Origin: an uncultured Candidatus Saccharibacteria bacterium
Lineage (GTDB): Bacteria > Patescibacteriota > Minisyncoccia > Phycocordibacterales > CSBR16-119
Direction of reading: 5' to 3'
Length of the DNA: 64,000 nt
Assembly (NCBI GenBank): GCA_964426385.1
Contig: CAYRQF010000004.1
Span: 12,573 to 76,572 of the forward strand
Shown here: one piece after another, positions 25,559-34,962 of the stretch
Layout of the letters: each line of letters opens with the position of its first letter
Numbering within the stretch: the first letter of the stretch is position 1
Translations under genes and position numbers: made by a program
The notes under the pieces: model-generated
What the model saw: only the letters and a program-made list of their open reading frames with translations
Told to the model about the DNA's origin: nothing
Databases searched by the model: none

Positions 25559-27709
25559 ATGAAGAAATTTTTCCTCTCACTCATTATCGGGTTACTCATA
25601 TTTGGTCCTGTTACGGGGTCCGTGCCTTTGGCGCACGCTCAAGTGAATCCGAGCGAGAACCCTTATCAGAGTTATGAGAACGAAGTAGGTGAGTGCTGGG
25701 CACTGAACAAGGGTATCGACATAGGCATGTGTTTCGCCTGGGTTATGTACTTCTTCGCTTGGATCACCAGTAGCTTCGCCGAGCTTACTGCTATGCTCAT
25801 GGACTACTTCCTAGCGTACTCTCTCGATAGTGGGTCATATAGTGGAGCCAACAATCAGTTCGTGGAGATGGGTTGGTCTATCATCAGAGATATCGCGAAC
25901 ATTTTCTTCATATTTACACTTCTCTATATCGCCATCCGTCATATATTGCAGATGGGCGGGAGCGATACGAAAAAACTGCTCACGAGTCTCATCATCGCGG
26001 CGCTACTCATCAACTTCAGTTTGTTTTTTACCAAAGTCATCATCGACAGTAGCAACATTTTAGCCAGGGCGTTCTATAACAATATCGTGGTAGAGAATGA
26101 TGACAACCTCGACCATAAATCCATTTCTCAAGCACTCGTTTCTCAGGTGAACCCGCAGAAACTCATATCATCAGACATGTTCAAGCCGGTCCCAGCTCCA
26201 GGAAGACTTCCGACCGAGCCTGATGCCGGATGGCTCATCACAATATTTTTCCTTGCGACCATCGTGAACATCGCTATGGCTTGGATATTCCTGAGTACAT
26301 TTTTGCTATTTATAGCGCGCGTTATCGGACTCTGGTTCATGATGATATTCTCGCCGATTGCTCTCGCTTCCAGGGCTATTCCCGGAGCTGAGGGTATGCT
26401 CGGGGATTTTGGTTGGAGTGGTTGGATCAAGAGCACACTCAAACTCGCTTTCATGGCGCCGATATTCGTGTTCTTCCTTTTCCTCCTCACGATGTTTTTG
26501 AACGTTGCGCTCCAGTCAGTTACGGTAGAGGTGGACCAGAGCACGATGCAACGCATCATGTCTGTGCTCATTCCTTTCATGGCTATTATCATCATTATGA
26601 CAAAGGCCAAAGACACTGCTACTGAGATGGCCGGAACGTTCGGTCAGGCAGTATTGAGTGGTGTCGGTAAACTTGCCGGGTTCGCAGTCGGCGCTGCGGG
26701 TGTCGGTCTTGCGGGAACGGCAATGGTAGCTAGGGGAACCATCGGCCGTGCCGCCACTGCCGCCGCTGGCAGTAGGAGTTTCCAAGAAGCTGCATCAAAG
26801 AACAAATACTTTCTTGCTAAAAGTTTGTATAAGGGGGCTCAAGCCGCTTCAAAGGGAAGTATGGACGCGAGAAATAGTACTGGCTTTAGGAGAACTACAG
26901 GTTTGCTAGCCTCAGGCTTGGCAGCGGCTGGTATTGCAACCAAAGCAGACCTTGGAAAAGGTACTACAAGAGGTGGGTACTCACAGCGGTTAGAAGAATA
27001 TCAAAAGAAGAAAGAGAAATTCAAGGAAGATCTCAAGTCTTCGGATCATGATACTTTTAGTGTTACTGATCCTAGAGATCCAACCAAAACCCTTACAACA
27101 TCAGTCATTCAAGCCGAAACCGAATTTTTGAAAGCTCAGAATGAAGCAAAGAGAAAAGACGAAAATAAAAATATAAAAAGTGCTACTATCGGCAACCCAA
27201 GGGAGGATGTCGTTAAAGATTATGATGGTTGGGTAAAAGAAAAAGAAAAAGCCGAAAAAGCCCAGAAACAAGCAGAGATCGATTTTGCAAACGTTCAGAG
27301 GGACCCAGCTTCAACACTTGTGCAAAAAGATGCTGCAAGGGTAAAGAAAGACTATTTTACCGACAGGCATGCTGAAATTAGAGGTGTGGTAAAAGGAATA
27401 GAGGAAAACTGGGAAACTGAGGAGAAGATCTTCAAGGGAATCAAGAGAGAGCAGACCAAACATGACACTAAGGTGTTACAACAATACGCCGAGTCCGTTA
27501 AACCAGTCTCACTCGACACATCTTCTCTTGGCGCAGGTATAAAAACTGGCAGTATGGTTGCACTGGCGCAACTATATGGTTTGGCAAATGGATCAGAAGG
27601 CACATACGTTGCAGGAAGAAGTGCAGCTTCTGCAGAACTTGCACGTTCTGCCGAGAAGGAGGAGAAGAAAGCTCAGGCTGAGGCGAAAAAAGACGACAAG
27701 AAAACATAA
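25559..27709 (+). CDS. VirB6/TrbL-like polytopic membrane protein
   Basis: GWSIIRDIANIFFIF, LIIAALLINFS, several TM helices, then a Gly/Ala-rich and coiled-coil tail. Confidence 0.75.
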   Translation: MKKFFLSLIIGLLIFGPVTGSVPLAHAQVNPSENPYQSYENEVGECWALNKGIDIGMCFAWVMYFFAWITSSFAELTAMLMDYFLAYSLDSGSYSGANNQFVEMGWSIIRDIANIFFIFTLLYIAIRHILQMGGSDTKKLLTSLIIAALLINFSLFFTKVIIDSSNILARAFYNNIVVENDDNLDHKSISQALVSQVNPQKLISSDMFKPVPAPGRLPTEPDAGWLITIFFLATIVNIAMAWIFLSTFLLFIARVIGLWFMMIFSPIALASRAIPGAEGMLGDFGWSGWIKSTLKLAFMAPIFVFFLFLLTMFLNVALQSVTVEVDQSTMQRIMSVLIPFMAIIIIMTKAKDTATEMAGTFGQAVLSGVGKLAGFAVGAAGVGLAGTAMVARGTIGRAATAAAGSRSFQEAASKNKYFLAKSLYKGAQAASKGSMDARNSTGFRRTTGLLASGLAAAGIATKADLGKGTTRGGYSQRLEEYQKKKEKFKEDLKSSDHDTFSVTDPRDPTKTLTTSVIQAETEFLKAQNEAKRKDENKNIKSATIGNPREDVVKDYDGWVKEKEKAEKAQKQAEIDFANVQRDPASTLVQKDAARVKKDYFTDRHAEIRGVVKGIEENWETEEKIFKGIKREQTKHDTKVLQQYAESVKPVSLDTSSLGAGIKTGSMVALAQLYGLANGSEGTYVAGRSAASAELARSAEKEEKKAQAEAKKDDKKT

Positions 27710-27717
27710 GTAAATCT

Positions 27718-28353
27718 ATGGATCTAGAATTCAAGAAAAAAATAGAAGAGCGCATGAAACAGCTTCCCTCTGTCCTGGCCAAGGCCATCAAGGCTTCGAA
27801 CTGGGAGAGTATCGTTTTCGATATTGGTCGCAGACACTCGCTTCATGTCGACGACATCGGCGACCTACAGAACGAACTTATCCTCGTCCTAACTGGCATC
27901 GTTCATCCTGACGAATTCCGTCATATTGTCATCAGTGAGATCGGTATCCCCGAAGACAAAGCCGACGTTATCATCGAAGAGATCAACGACCAAGTAAACG
28001 AGAAGATAAAAAACGAACTGAAGTCCATTATGGACGACGCAGACGAAGACAAAACTGTCGATACCGAGAGCGGGGAACTTGCTGGGTCTGAGAAGGAAGT
28101 CCTTAGAGATAGTGGTATCCGCCTCGGAGATGACGTCGATGAGACGGCGAATCAGCACACTCCTCCGGTAGCAGACGGTGTAGAAGCGCCGACTGTCGCA
28201 GTGCAGGCTCCGAAACCAGAACCAAAGCCTGTGAATCCAGTAACTGCGAAAATTATCGCCGAGCCTCAGGTGTTCAAGACTCGCATCTCTCCGGCAGAAG
28301 TCGGTGAGGCCGGCAGGGGATTCAGTGATCCTTACCGCGAGCCAGTAGAATAA
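27718..28353 (+). CDS. hypothetical protein with C-terminal DPYREP motif
   Basis: 211-aa ORF ending SDPYREPVE. Confidence 0.8.
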   Translation: MDLEFKKKIEERMKQLPSVLAKAIKASNWESIVFDIGRRHSLHVDDIGDLQNELILVLTGIVHPDEFRHIVISEIGIPEDKADVIIEEINDQVNEKIKNELKSIMDDADEDKTVDTESGELAGSEKEVLRDSGIRLGDDVDETANQHTPPVADGVEAPTVAVQAPKPEPKPVNPVTAKIIAEPQVFKTRISPAEVGEAGRGFSDPYREPVE

Positions 28354-28354
28354 T

Positions 28355-28441
28355 TAGCTGATGGCTTATAGCTGTTAGCTTATAGAGAAATAATAAATTC
28401 CTAAAAGCTAAACGCTATCCGCTATAAGCTCGTGTTATAAT
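28355..28441. repeat. gene-less inverted 7-nt array cassette ending in an extended -10 box
   Basis: tagctga tggctta tagctgt tagctta tag ... cta aaagcta aacgcta tccgcta taagctc GTGTTATAAT. Confidence 0.85.
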
Positions 28442-28447
28442 ACATTC

Positions 28448-28867
28448 ATGCGATTCCAAGTTCCGCAATTTATTGATATTGAAGACAAGATTTTTGGACC
28501 TTTTACGTTCAAGCAGTTTGTCTATCTCGCGGGAGGGGCTGGATCAGCCTATGCTATCTGGAAGCTCTTGCCGACACTTATCGCAGTTTTCCTCGTGCTC
28601 CCTATAATCGGGCTCGCTCTCGCGCTGACATTTTATAAAGTGAACGGCAAGCCATTTATCGAAGTCTTACAGGCCTATGCTTCGTATTCGACAAAGAGCA
28701 AGCTTTTTATTTGGAAACAGAGAAAGATTGAGAAAAAGAAGAAATTTGCCGAAGCTCCGAAGGAGAGTCGTCATCCGATGTCTAACATCCCTAGACTTAC
28801 CGAGAGCAGGCTGTCGGATATTTCATGGAGTTTGGATGTGCTCGATATGGAGAAGCGCGATAAATAA
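28448..28867 (+). CDS. PrgI-family protein (VirB3-like)
   Basis: MRFQVPQFIDIEDKIFGPFTFKQF followed by two TM helices. Confidence 0.9.
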   Translation: MRFQVPQFIDIEDKIFGPFTFKQFVYLAGGAGSAYAIWKLLPTLIAVFLVLPIIGLALALTFYKVNGKPFIEVLQAYASYSTKSKLFIWKQRKIEKKKKFAEAPKESRHPMSNIPRLTESRLSDISWSLDVLDMEKRDK

Positions 28868-28975
28868 TCCCAAAACTGATTTTACTACCACAAAATGATA
28901 ATTTTAAATCACAACACAAAATTGGTCGGATCAGAATTTATTAGCATGATCAAAAATCAGTAACGGGACAAGTAT

Positions 28976-29626
28976 ATGGCATTAAACGCTAAAGCATCAC
29001 AAGATTTTGTTCCGATCAAAGCCATCCAAGATGGTGTGGTGGTCCTCAAGGATGGGGGACTTCGTGCCATTCTTATGGCGTCATCTGTTAACTTGTCGCT
29101 CAAGTCCGAGGATGAACAGACAGCGATCATCATGCAGTTTCAGAATTTTCTGAACACCCTCGATTTTTCACTGCAGATTTGCGTCCAGTCGAGAAAGTTT
29201 AATATTACTTCGTATGTAGGACTTCTCGAAGAGAGACTCAAGGAGCAATCCGAGCCACTTCTCAAGATTCAGACTGAGGAATATATCAAGTTCATCAAAG
29301 AATTTACCGAGTCGACGAACATCATGACGAAACACTTCTTCCTGGTCATCCCGCTCCAGCCACTCCAGTCAGTTAGTGGGTCAGCTACGGGACTCCTGGA
29401 TAAGGTTTTGCCGACTAATAAGAAAGAAAACTTGGCGGAGAAGGAGAAAGCTTTTAGTGAGGAGCGTTCCCAGCTCGAACAGAGAGTCGCCCTGACCGTT
29501 CAGGGGCTTTCGCGATTGGGTATCAGAACTGTTCAGCTCAAAACCGAAGACGAGGTCGAGCTTTTTTACCGAGTGTTCAATCCCGGAGATGCCGAGAGTG
29601 CTATCGATATAACCAAAGGACAATAA
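28976..29626 (+). CDS. VirB4/TraC N-terminal-like protein
   Basis: SQDFVPI...DGVVVLKDG...NLSLKSEDEQ...FLNTLDF; lies between prgI and the ATPase. Confidence 0.75.
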   Translation: MALNAKASQDFVPIKAIQDGVVVLKDGGLRAILMASSVNLSLKSEDEQTAIIMQFQNFLNTLDFSLQICVQSRKFNITSYVGLLEERLKEQSEPLLKIQTEEYIKFIKEFTESTNIMTKHFFLVIPLQPLQSVSGSATGLLDKVLPTNKKENLAEKEKAFSEERSQLEQRVALTVQGLSRLGIRTVQLKTEDEVELFYRVFNPGDAESAIDITKGQ

Positions 29627-29627
29627 T

Positions 29628-31694
29628 ATGGGAATATTTGATCTTATAAAAGGAACAAAGTCGTCCAAGAATCCGAAGAGGGAAATAATGCCCGTACTGC
29701 CGGAGGAGATTTATAAGGCGGCAACACTGGAGCTCCAGGATATTCTCGCGCCGTCTGCACTCAAAATCTCGCCAAAAGCTCTGAACCTCGGCGATAAAAT
29801 CGCACGTACATACTTCGTCATTTCTTATCCTAGATTTCTCTCAGATAACTGGTTCACCCCGATCATCAACCTCGATAAAATATTTGATATCGCTATCCAT
29901 ATCCATCCTCTCGATACGAACACCATACTCAGGAAATTCCAGAAGAAAGTTGCCGAAGTCCAAAGCCAGGTCAACGTTCGCGAATCCAAAGGTCTCGTCC
30001 GTGACCCTGTCCTCGATACTGCATATCAGGATCTCGAGGGGTTACGCGACAGTCTCCAGCAGGCTCAGGACAAAATGTTCGATGTCGGGCTCTATATTAC
30101 AGTCTACGCAGACTCGATGCAGGAGCTTTCGAAGATAGAGAATGAGATCAAGTCTATACTAGAGGCCAAGCTCGTGTATATCAAGCCGGCACTCTTCCAG
30201 CAGGACGTCGGGTTCGCCTCTGTCGCACCACTCGCAACGGATTTCCTCGCCGTTCATCAGAAGATGAACACAGAACCGCTATCTTCGATATTCCCATTCG
30301 TTTCTTTCGACCTGTCTTCTGACAAAGGGATTCTCTATGGTATCAACCGTCACAACTCTAGTCTTATTATTTTCGATCGCTTCTCTCTAGAGAACTATAA
30401 CTCGGTTACTTTTGCCAAGTCCGGTTCTGGTAAGTCATACTCGACCAAGCTAGAAATCCTCCGAACACTCATGTTTGACTCAGAAGTCATCGTTATCGAC
30501 CCTGAGAGAGAATACGAGTACCTATCCGAGGCCATCGGTGGACGGTATTTCAATATCTCGCTCTCATCTGAGCACCATATCAACCCTTTTGACCTACCGA
30601 TACCAACCGAAGACGAGACTCCAGAGGATGTACTCCGCGCTAACACTATCCAGCTCGTGGGAATGTTTCGTATCATGCTCGGAGGGCTAACTCCGGAGGA
30701 GGATGCGATTATCGACAAGGCAGTGACCGAGACATATGCGCTCAAAGACATTACTTCTGACTCGGATTTTGCGAATATCGAGCCACCACTGCTATCGGAC
30801 TTCGAGATGGTTCTGTCGGGTATCGATGGATCAGAGTCCATCATGACTCGTCTTACTAAGTACACAAAGGGTTCGTGGAAAAATTTCATCAACCAGCCGA
30901 CAAACGTCGACATCAACAAGCGATTTATCGTCTTCTCCGTACGAGACATGGAGGATGACCTAAAACCTGTCGCCATGTATATCGTTACGCACTTCATATG
31001 GAACGCCGTCAGGAAGAATCTGAAGAAACGTCTCCTTATCGTCGACGAGGCCTGGTGGATGATGAAGTCAGAAGATACGGCGTCTTTCCTCTACTCTATC
31101 GCCAAGCGTGGACGCAAATATTTCCTCGGACTCTCAACTATCACTCAGGACGTTAACGACTTCGTGGCGTCTCAGTATGGTATGGCTATCGTCACGAACT
31201 CATCTATGCAACTACTTCTCAAGCAGTCTACTAGTTCAGCAGATGCACTACAGAAAGTGTTCAACCTGACCGATGAAGAGAAGTATCTTTTGCTCGAGTC
31301 AGAGGTAGGAGAGGGTATATTTTTCGCTGGATTGAAACACGTAGCCATAAAAATCATTGCCTCCTATACCGAAGATCAGATCATAACCTCAGATCCATCA
31401 CAGGTGCTCGCTATAAAAAAAGCCAAAGAGGAGTTCCGTGAGGGTGAGAAGGCTTTTCAGCAAGGAGAAACCGAGAGGATTCAAGGAGCGATCGATAGCC
31501 AACCAAAAGACGAGTATATTCCGTCCCAACAGCCAGAACCTGTAAGTCTAGAAAAAGAAATAGGGGATTCGCCAGAAGTTCTGACTCCTACACCAGATAA
31601 AAAGCCAAAAAACGAATCCGACAGTCTCGAAAGCTTCAGCGATGGGTTAGACAAAGAAATCGACGATCTCGAGAAGATGTTTAAAGACTACTAA
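29628..31694 (+). CDS. VirB4-like type IV secretion/conjugation ATPase
   Basis: Walker A AKSGSGKS, VIDPERE, Walker B IVDEAW, KRGRKY, TITQD. Confidence 0.92.
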   Translation: MGIFDLIKGTKSSKNPKREIMPVLPEEIYKAATLELQDILAPSALKISPKALNLGDKIARTYFVISYPRFLSDNWFTPIINLDKIFDIAIHIHPLDTNTILRKFQKKVAEVQSQVNVRESKGLVRDPVLDTAYQDLEGLRDSLQQAQDKMFDVGLYITVYADSMQELSKIENEIKSILEAKLVYIKPALFQQDVGFASVAPLATDFLAVHQKMNTEPLSSIFPFVSFDLSSDKGILYGINRHNSSLIIFDRFSLENYNSVTFAKSGSGKSYSTKLEILRTLMFDSEVIVIDPEREYEYLSEAIGGRYFNISLSSEHHINPFDLPIPTEDETPEDVLRANTIQLVGMFRIMLGGLTPEEDAIIDKAVTETYALKDITSDSDFANIEPPLLSDFEMVLSGIDGSESIMTRLTKYTKGSWKNFINQPTNVDINKRFIVFSVRDMEDDLKPVAMYIVTHFIWNAVRKNLKKRLLIVDEAWWMMKSEDTASFLYSIAKRGRKYFLGLSTITQDVNDFVASQYGMAIVTNSSMQLLLKQSTSSADALQKVFNLTDEEKYLLLESEVGEGIFFAGLKHVAIKIIASYTEDQIITSDPSQVLAIKKAKEEFREGEKAFQQGETERIQGAIDSQPKDEYIPSQQPEPVSLEKEIGDSPEVLTPTPDKKPKNESDSLESFSDGLDKEIDDLEKMFKDY

Positions 31695-31696
31695 CA

Positions 31697-31784
31697 GAGC
31701 TTACAGCGTATGGCTGTTAGCTTATAGAAATTCCACAAAATACCTAAAAGCAATAAGCTATACGCTAAAAGCTCGTGTTATAAT
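31697..31784. repeat. second gene-less inverted 7-nt array cassette ending in an extended -10 box
   Basis: gagctta cagcgta tggctgt tagctta tag ... cta aaagcaa taagcta tacgcta aaagctc GTGTTATAAT. Confidence 0.85.
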
Positions 31785-31790
31785 ATTTCC

Positions 31791-32384
31791 ATGCCAAATA
31801 CCAAAAATGATGATGGGAATTCTATAAACCAGAATGATAAGACTACGCTCCATGGAGCTGGAGTCGACCTATCCGACACACCAGTCGAACCAGAGTCAGA
31901 AGGTGAAAAGATTGTCGACATAGACGGATCGATTCCTTTGGGGAGTGACCCAGATCTAGAGAAGTCCGGAGTCAAATTTGTAGAGGCCGATGTGCCTGTA
32001 ACAGACCTATCAGCGTTAGCCGAGAAAAAGGCCAAGACCGTAAGCTCAGCCGCCAAAGACCTCGAAGCAGAATTCCGGTCTGAGCTTGCTGATTTTAAGG
32101 GACCACTCAAGCCTGATGGTGAGAAAGCCGTTATGGAAAAAAGCGGAACACTGCGATCGATGCTTACTTTGGTCCGGGAGAAGCTCGGTCTGAAGAAGAA
32201 GACAGTAAAGTCAGAACTCGAGAGTCTAAAAAAGATGAAAGATGCTATCACCAAAGACATCACAACGATAAAAGAGCTCGAAGAGTCCGAAAACAAGATC
32301 AATACAGAGCTTGGTAAAATCGATGAGATAAAGAAAGAAGTAGAGGAGATAGAGAAGGACTTGGCGGATGATCTAAATAAATAA
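31791..32384 (+). CDS. hypothetical coiled-coil protein
   Basis: Acidic N-terminus, heptad-rich C-terminus. Confidence 0.8.
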   Translation: MPNTKNDDGNSINQNDKTTLHGAGVDLSDTPVEPESEGEKIVDIDGSIPLGSDPDLEKSGVKFVEADVPVTDLSALAEKKAKTVSSAAKDLEAEFRSELADFKGPLKPDGEKAVMEKSGTLRSMLTLVREKLGLKKKTVKSELESLKKMKDAITKDITTIKELEESENKINTELGKIDEIKKEVEEIEKDLADDLNK

Positions 32385-32388
32385 AATC

Positions 32389-33375
32389 ATGAAGGCTTTG
32401 CAAATTATAAAATTGAGTGTAGTCGGATATATTTTTCTTGCACCTCTTTTTATATTTGCTCAAATGCCAGGTATAGAACAATCTTTTAGTTTGTCTTTTT
32501 CTCCACAGAACCCTAGCCCTGGAGAGTTGGTAACATTTGGGGTTTCCGCATATGAGTTCAATATAGATTTAGCAAACATCGTTTGGAGTGTCGATGGCAA
32601 ATCCGTTAAATCAGGTAAGGGGGTCAAAGGATTCACGTTTGAAGCCCCTGCCAATGGTAAATCTAGCACCATCTCTGTTGTGGTGTCGCCAGCCACTGGG
32701 ACCCCTATAGAGAAAAGCATAACCATTTCTCCTGCAGACATCGATCTCATATATGAGGTAATGGATGGTTACGTCCCGCCTTTCTACCGAGGAAAGATAC
32801 TGCCGATAAAACAGAGTCAGATCAAGGTGGTGGCTCTCCCGAACGTGAAGACGATGACAGGTGGGACAGCTAAAGCAAAAGATTTCGTATATACATGGCG
32901 CAAGGATAGTGAGAACCTCCCAGGACAGTCAGGGTTTGGACGCAGTAGTGTTACTTTTGTAAATGAGATACTCGACCGTGGAAATACTCTCGAGGTCTCA
33001 GCGACAAACGGTCTCAAGAAAGTTGACGGGGCGATAGTTATTAATTATCTCGAGCCGGAAATACTTTTTTATGAATATGACATATTGACCGGAGTTAAAT
33101 ACCAGCGAGCATTTAGGTCAGGAGAGAATATTAAGCAGCCAAAACTTAGCATCATTGCAGAGCCGTACTTTCTGTCACGGGACTTTATGCCGAACAAGGA
33201 TATCGCGGGCACTTGGATGCTAAATGGTCAGAAGGCTACTCCTGTCGCCAAGAACAATCTTATTATCAATACCAGCGCAACGTCTGGCAAAGTCGATATA
33301 AGTTTCGAGTATAACGAGGCGAAACGACTGTTTCGTAGTTTTAAGAAATCACTGAGTCTTAACTTGGTCAACTAG
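32389..33375 (+). CDS. exported hypothetical protein (beta-rich, Ig-like)
   Basis: Signal peptide ending FAQ; PQNPSPGE and YVPPFYRGK segments. Confidence 0.8.
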   Translation: MKALQIIKLSVVGYIFLAPLFIFAQMPGIEQSFSLSFSPQNPSPGELVTFGVSAYEFNIDLANIVWSVDGKSVKSGKGVKGFTFEAPANGKSSTISVVVSPATGTPIEKSITISPADIDLIYEVMDGYVPPFYRGKILPIKQSQIKVVALPNVKTMTGGTAKAKDFVYTWRKDSENLPGQSGFGRSSVTFVNEILDRGNTLEVSATNGLKKVDGAIVINYLEPEILFYEYDILTGVKYQRAFRSGENIKQPKLSIIAEPYFLSRDFMPNKDIAGTWMLNGQKATPVAKNNLIINTSATSGKVDISFEYNEAKRLFRSFKKSLSLNLVN

Positions 33376-33377
33376 CA

Positions 33378-34958
33378 ATGCAGAGCTCACTAAAGAAAAT
33401 TTTTATACTTTCCACTATACTCCTCATCGCAGGATTCATTTTCTCTAGGCCGGTATCTGCTCAGAACGCGAACTGCAACGTCATCGATGCGGACATACGA
33501 CATAACATTACGAATGTTTTAGATCCATCGGGGGACGAAGACGGAGATGGCGAAACTAACTTCCAGGAGGAATTCTTTGTCGACGGTAATCCGCCCCTCG
33601 TATATCTCGATATAAAAACCCTCGGTTGTATAGACACTGACGATGTCTACGATATGCAGCTTTCTCTGACAGAGACAGATATACCACCAGTTATAGATCC
33701 TAACGATAACGTCGACGATATCATTGAACTGGACGATTGGGAAATAAACGTCGAAGACAATAATGACTTTACTGTAGTTTATCTCGCGGGGGAAGATGAG
33801 TGCGGAGGAGGTGGAGAGCCAGATTGTCAGTACCATATCGAGACAGACGATGGAAATTCTTCTAATGATCCTTGGAGCGGTCTTTGGTACAGTTGCGATG
33901 TTACCTGCGAAGAAGATTGGGCATACATAGGTATGATTCCTTACGGTCAGAACCACCCTCAGGATACAGCAGGGAATAATACTAATACGAATACTAGCCT
34001 AGGTACCTTGGCGTCAGATGCATACCTCGCACCTCTCCCAGGACTTGAGGGGCAACCCGGAACACTGAACGGTTTCCTCGAGGGACTATTCCAGGTGCTC
34101 ATAGTCGTGGCCGGACTTCTCGCCATGATTATGCTCGTAGTTGGAGCCATAACATATCTATCGAGTGATGCGTTTAGTGGCAAGACTGAGGGCAAAGACA
34201 TGATGTTGTCTGCGGTATTCGGCCTCATTCTCGCACTTGGCGCCTGGGTTATCATAAACGCCATCAATCCGAACCTCGCATCAAATCTCGGTATCACTAT
34301 CCCAGTCGCAAGACTGTCTATGCTTGAAGGAGATTCAGCCGTTTACTCTCCCGGGGCGACAAGCTCAGAAGGTGGAACAATTACAGGGTTCAGTTTGCCC
34401 ACAGATATCGGGCTCTATTGCCCGCTTTCGGGTGGATCAGGGCAAGTGCCGGCTATTATCGACAGCTTCGTCGGTAAGGTGGCATATCGATGGGGAGGTA
34501 AGGGCGGCCCTTTGCCAGCTGGACAGAATTACCCACTCAGTCCTTTTGAGACAGAGAACCCCTTTAAGTGTACAGATGATACGGGTGCGCAGGTTCCATG
34601 TAATACGTTCTGTCCGTCAGGAAATGCTTGTTTAGATTGCTCAGGATTTACGAACCATGTTAGGAAATGTGCTGGACTTCCATACTTTGCAACGGGGACA
34701 TACGGCATGACCCAGGAAGCCTCAGCCGAAACAGTTGAGATGAATACGCTTAACGCTACTGGTACACAGATAGGGAGCTATGTTTTGGTCCCGGGCGATA
34801 TACTTGTTTGGAATGGTCACGTCGTCATCTATTATGGTAATGGCAAGATAGCAGAATCTTCTGGAGGTACTCAGGGTCGCGCCAAGAACGGTAACGTGAA
34901 CCTGTCTAGTATCAAGAAATACAAGAACAAGATAACGCATATAATAAAAGTCCAATAA
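33378..34958 (+). CDS. pilin-like (VirB2/TrbC-type) membrane domain fused to an NlpC/P60-like domain
   Basis: Two-TM segment ending GLILALGAWVIINAINPNL; C-terminal YRWGG...LDCSGF...PGDILVWNGHVVIYYGNG. Confidence 0.75.
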   Translation: MQSSLKKIFILSTILLIAGFIFSRPVSAQNANCNVIDADIRHNITNVLDPSGDEDGDGETNFQEEFFVDGNPPLVYLDIKTLGCIDTDDVYDMQLSLTETDIPPVIDPNDNVDDIIELDDWEINVEDNNDFTVVYLAGEDECGGGGEPDCQYHIETDDGNSSNDPWSGLWYSCDVTCEEDWAYIGMIPYGQNHPQDTAGNNTNTNTSLGTLASDAYLAPLPGLEGQPGTLNGFLEGLFQVLIVVAGLLAMIMLVVGAITYLSSDAFSGKTEGKDMMLSAVFGLILALGAWVIINAINPNLASNLGITIPVARLSMLEGDSAVYSPGATSSEGGTITGFSLPTDIGLYCPLSGGSGQVPAIIDSFVGKVAYRWGGKGGPLPAGQNYPLSPFETENPFKCTDDTGAQVPCNTFCPSGNACLDCSGFTNHVRKCAGLPYFATGTYGMTQEASAETVEMNTLNATGTQIGSYVLVPGDILVWNGHVVIYYGNGKIAESSGGTQGRAKNGNVNLSSIKKYKNKITHIIKVQ

Positions 34959-34962
34959 TCTC

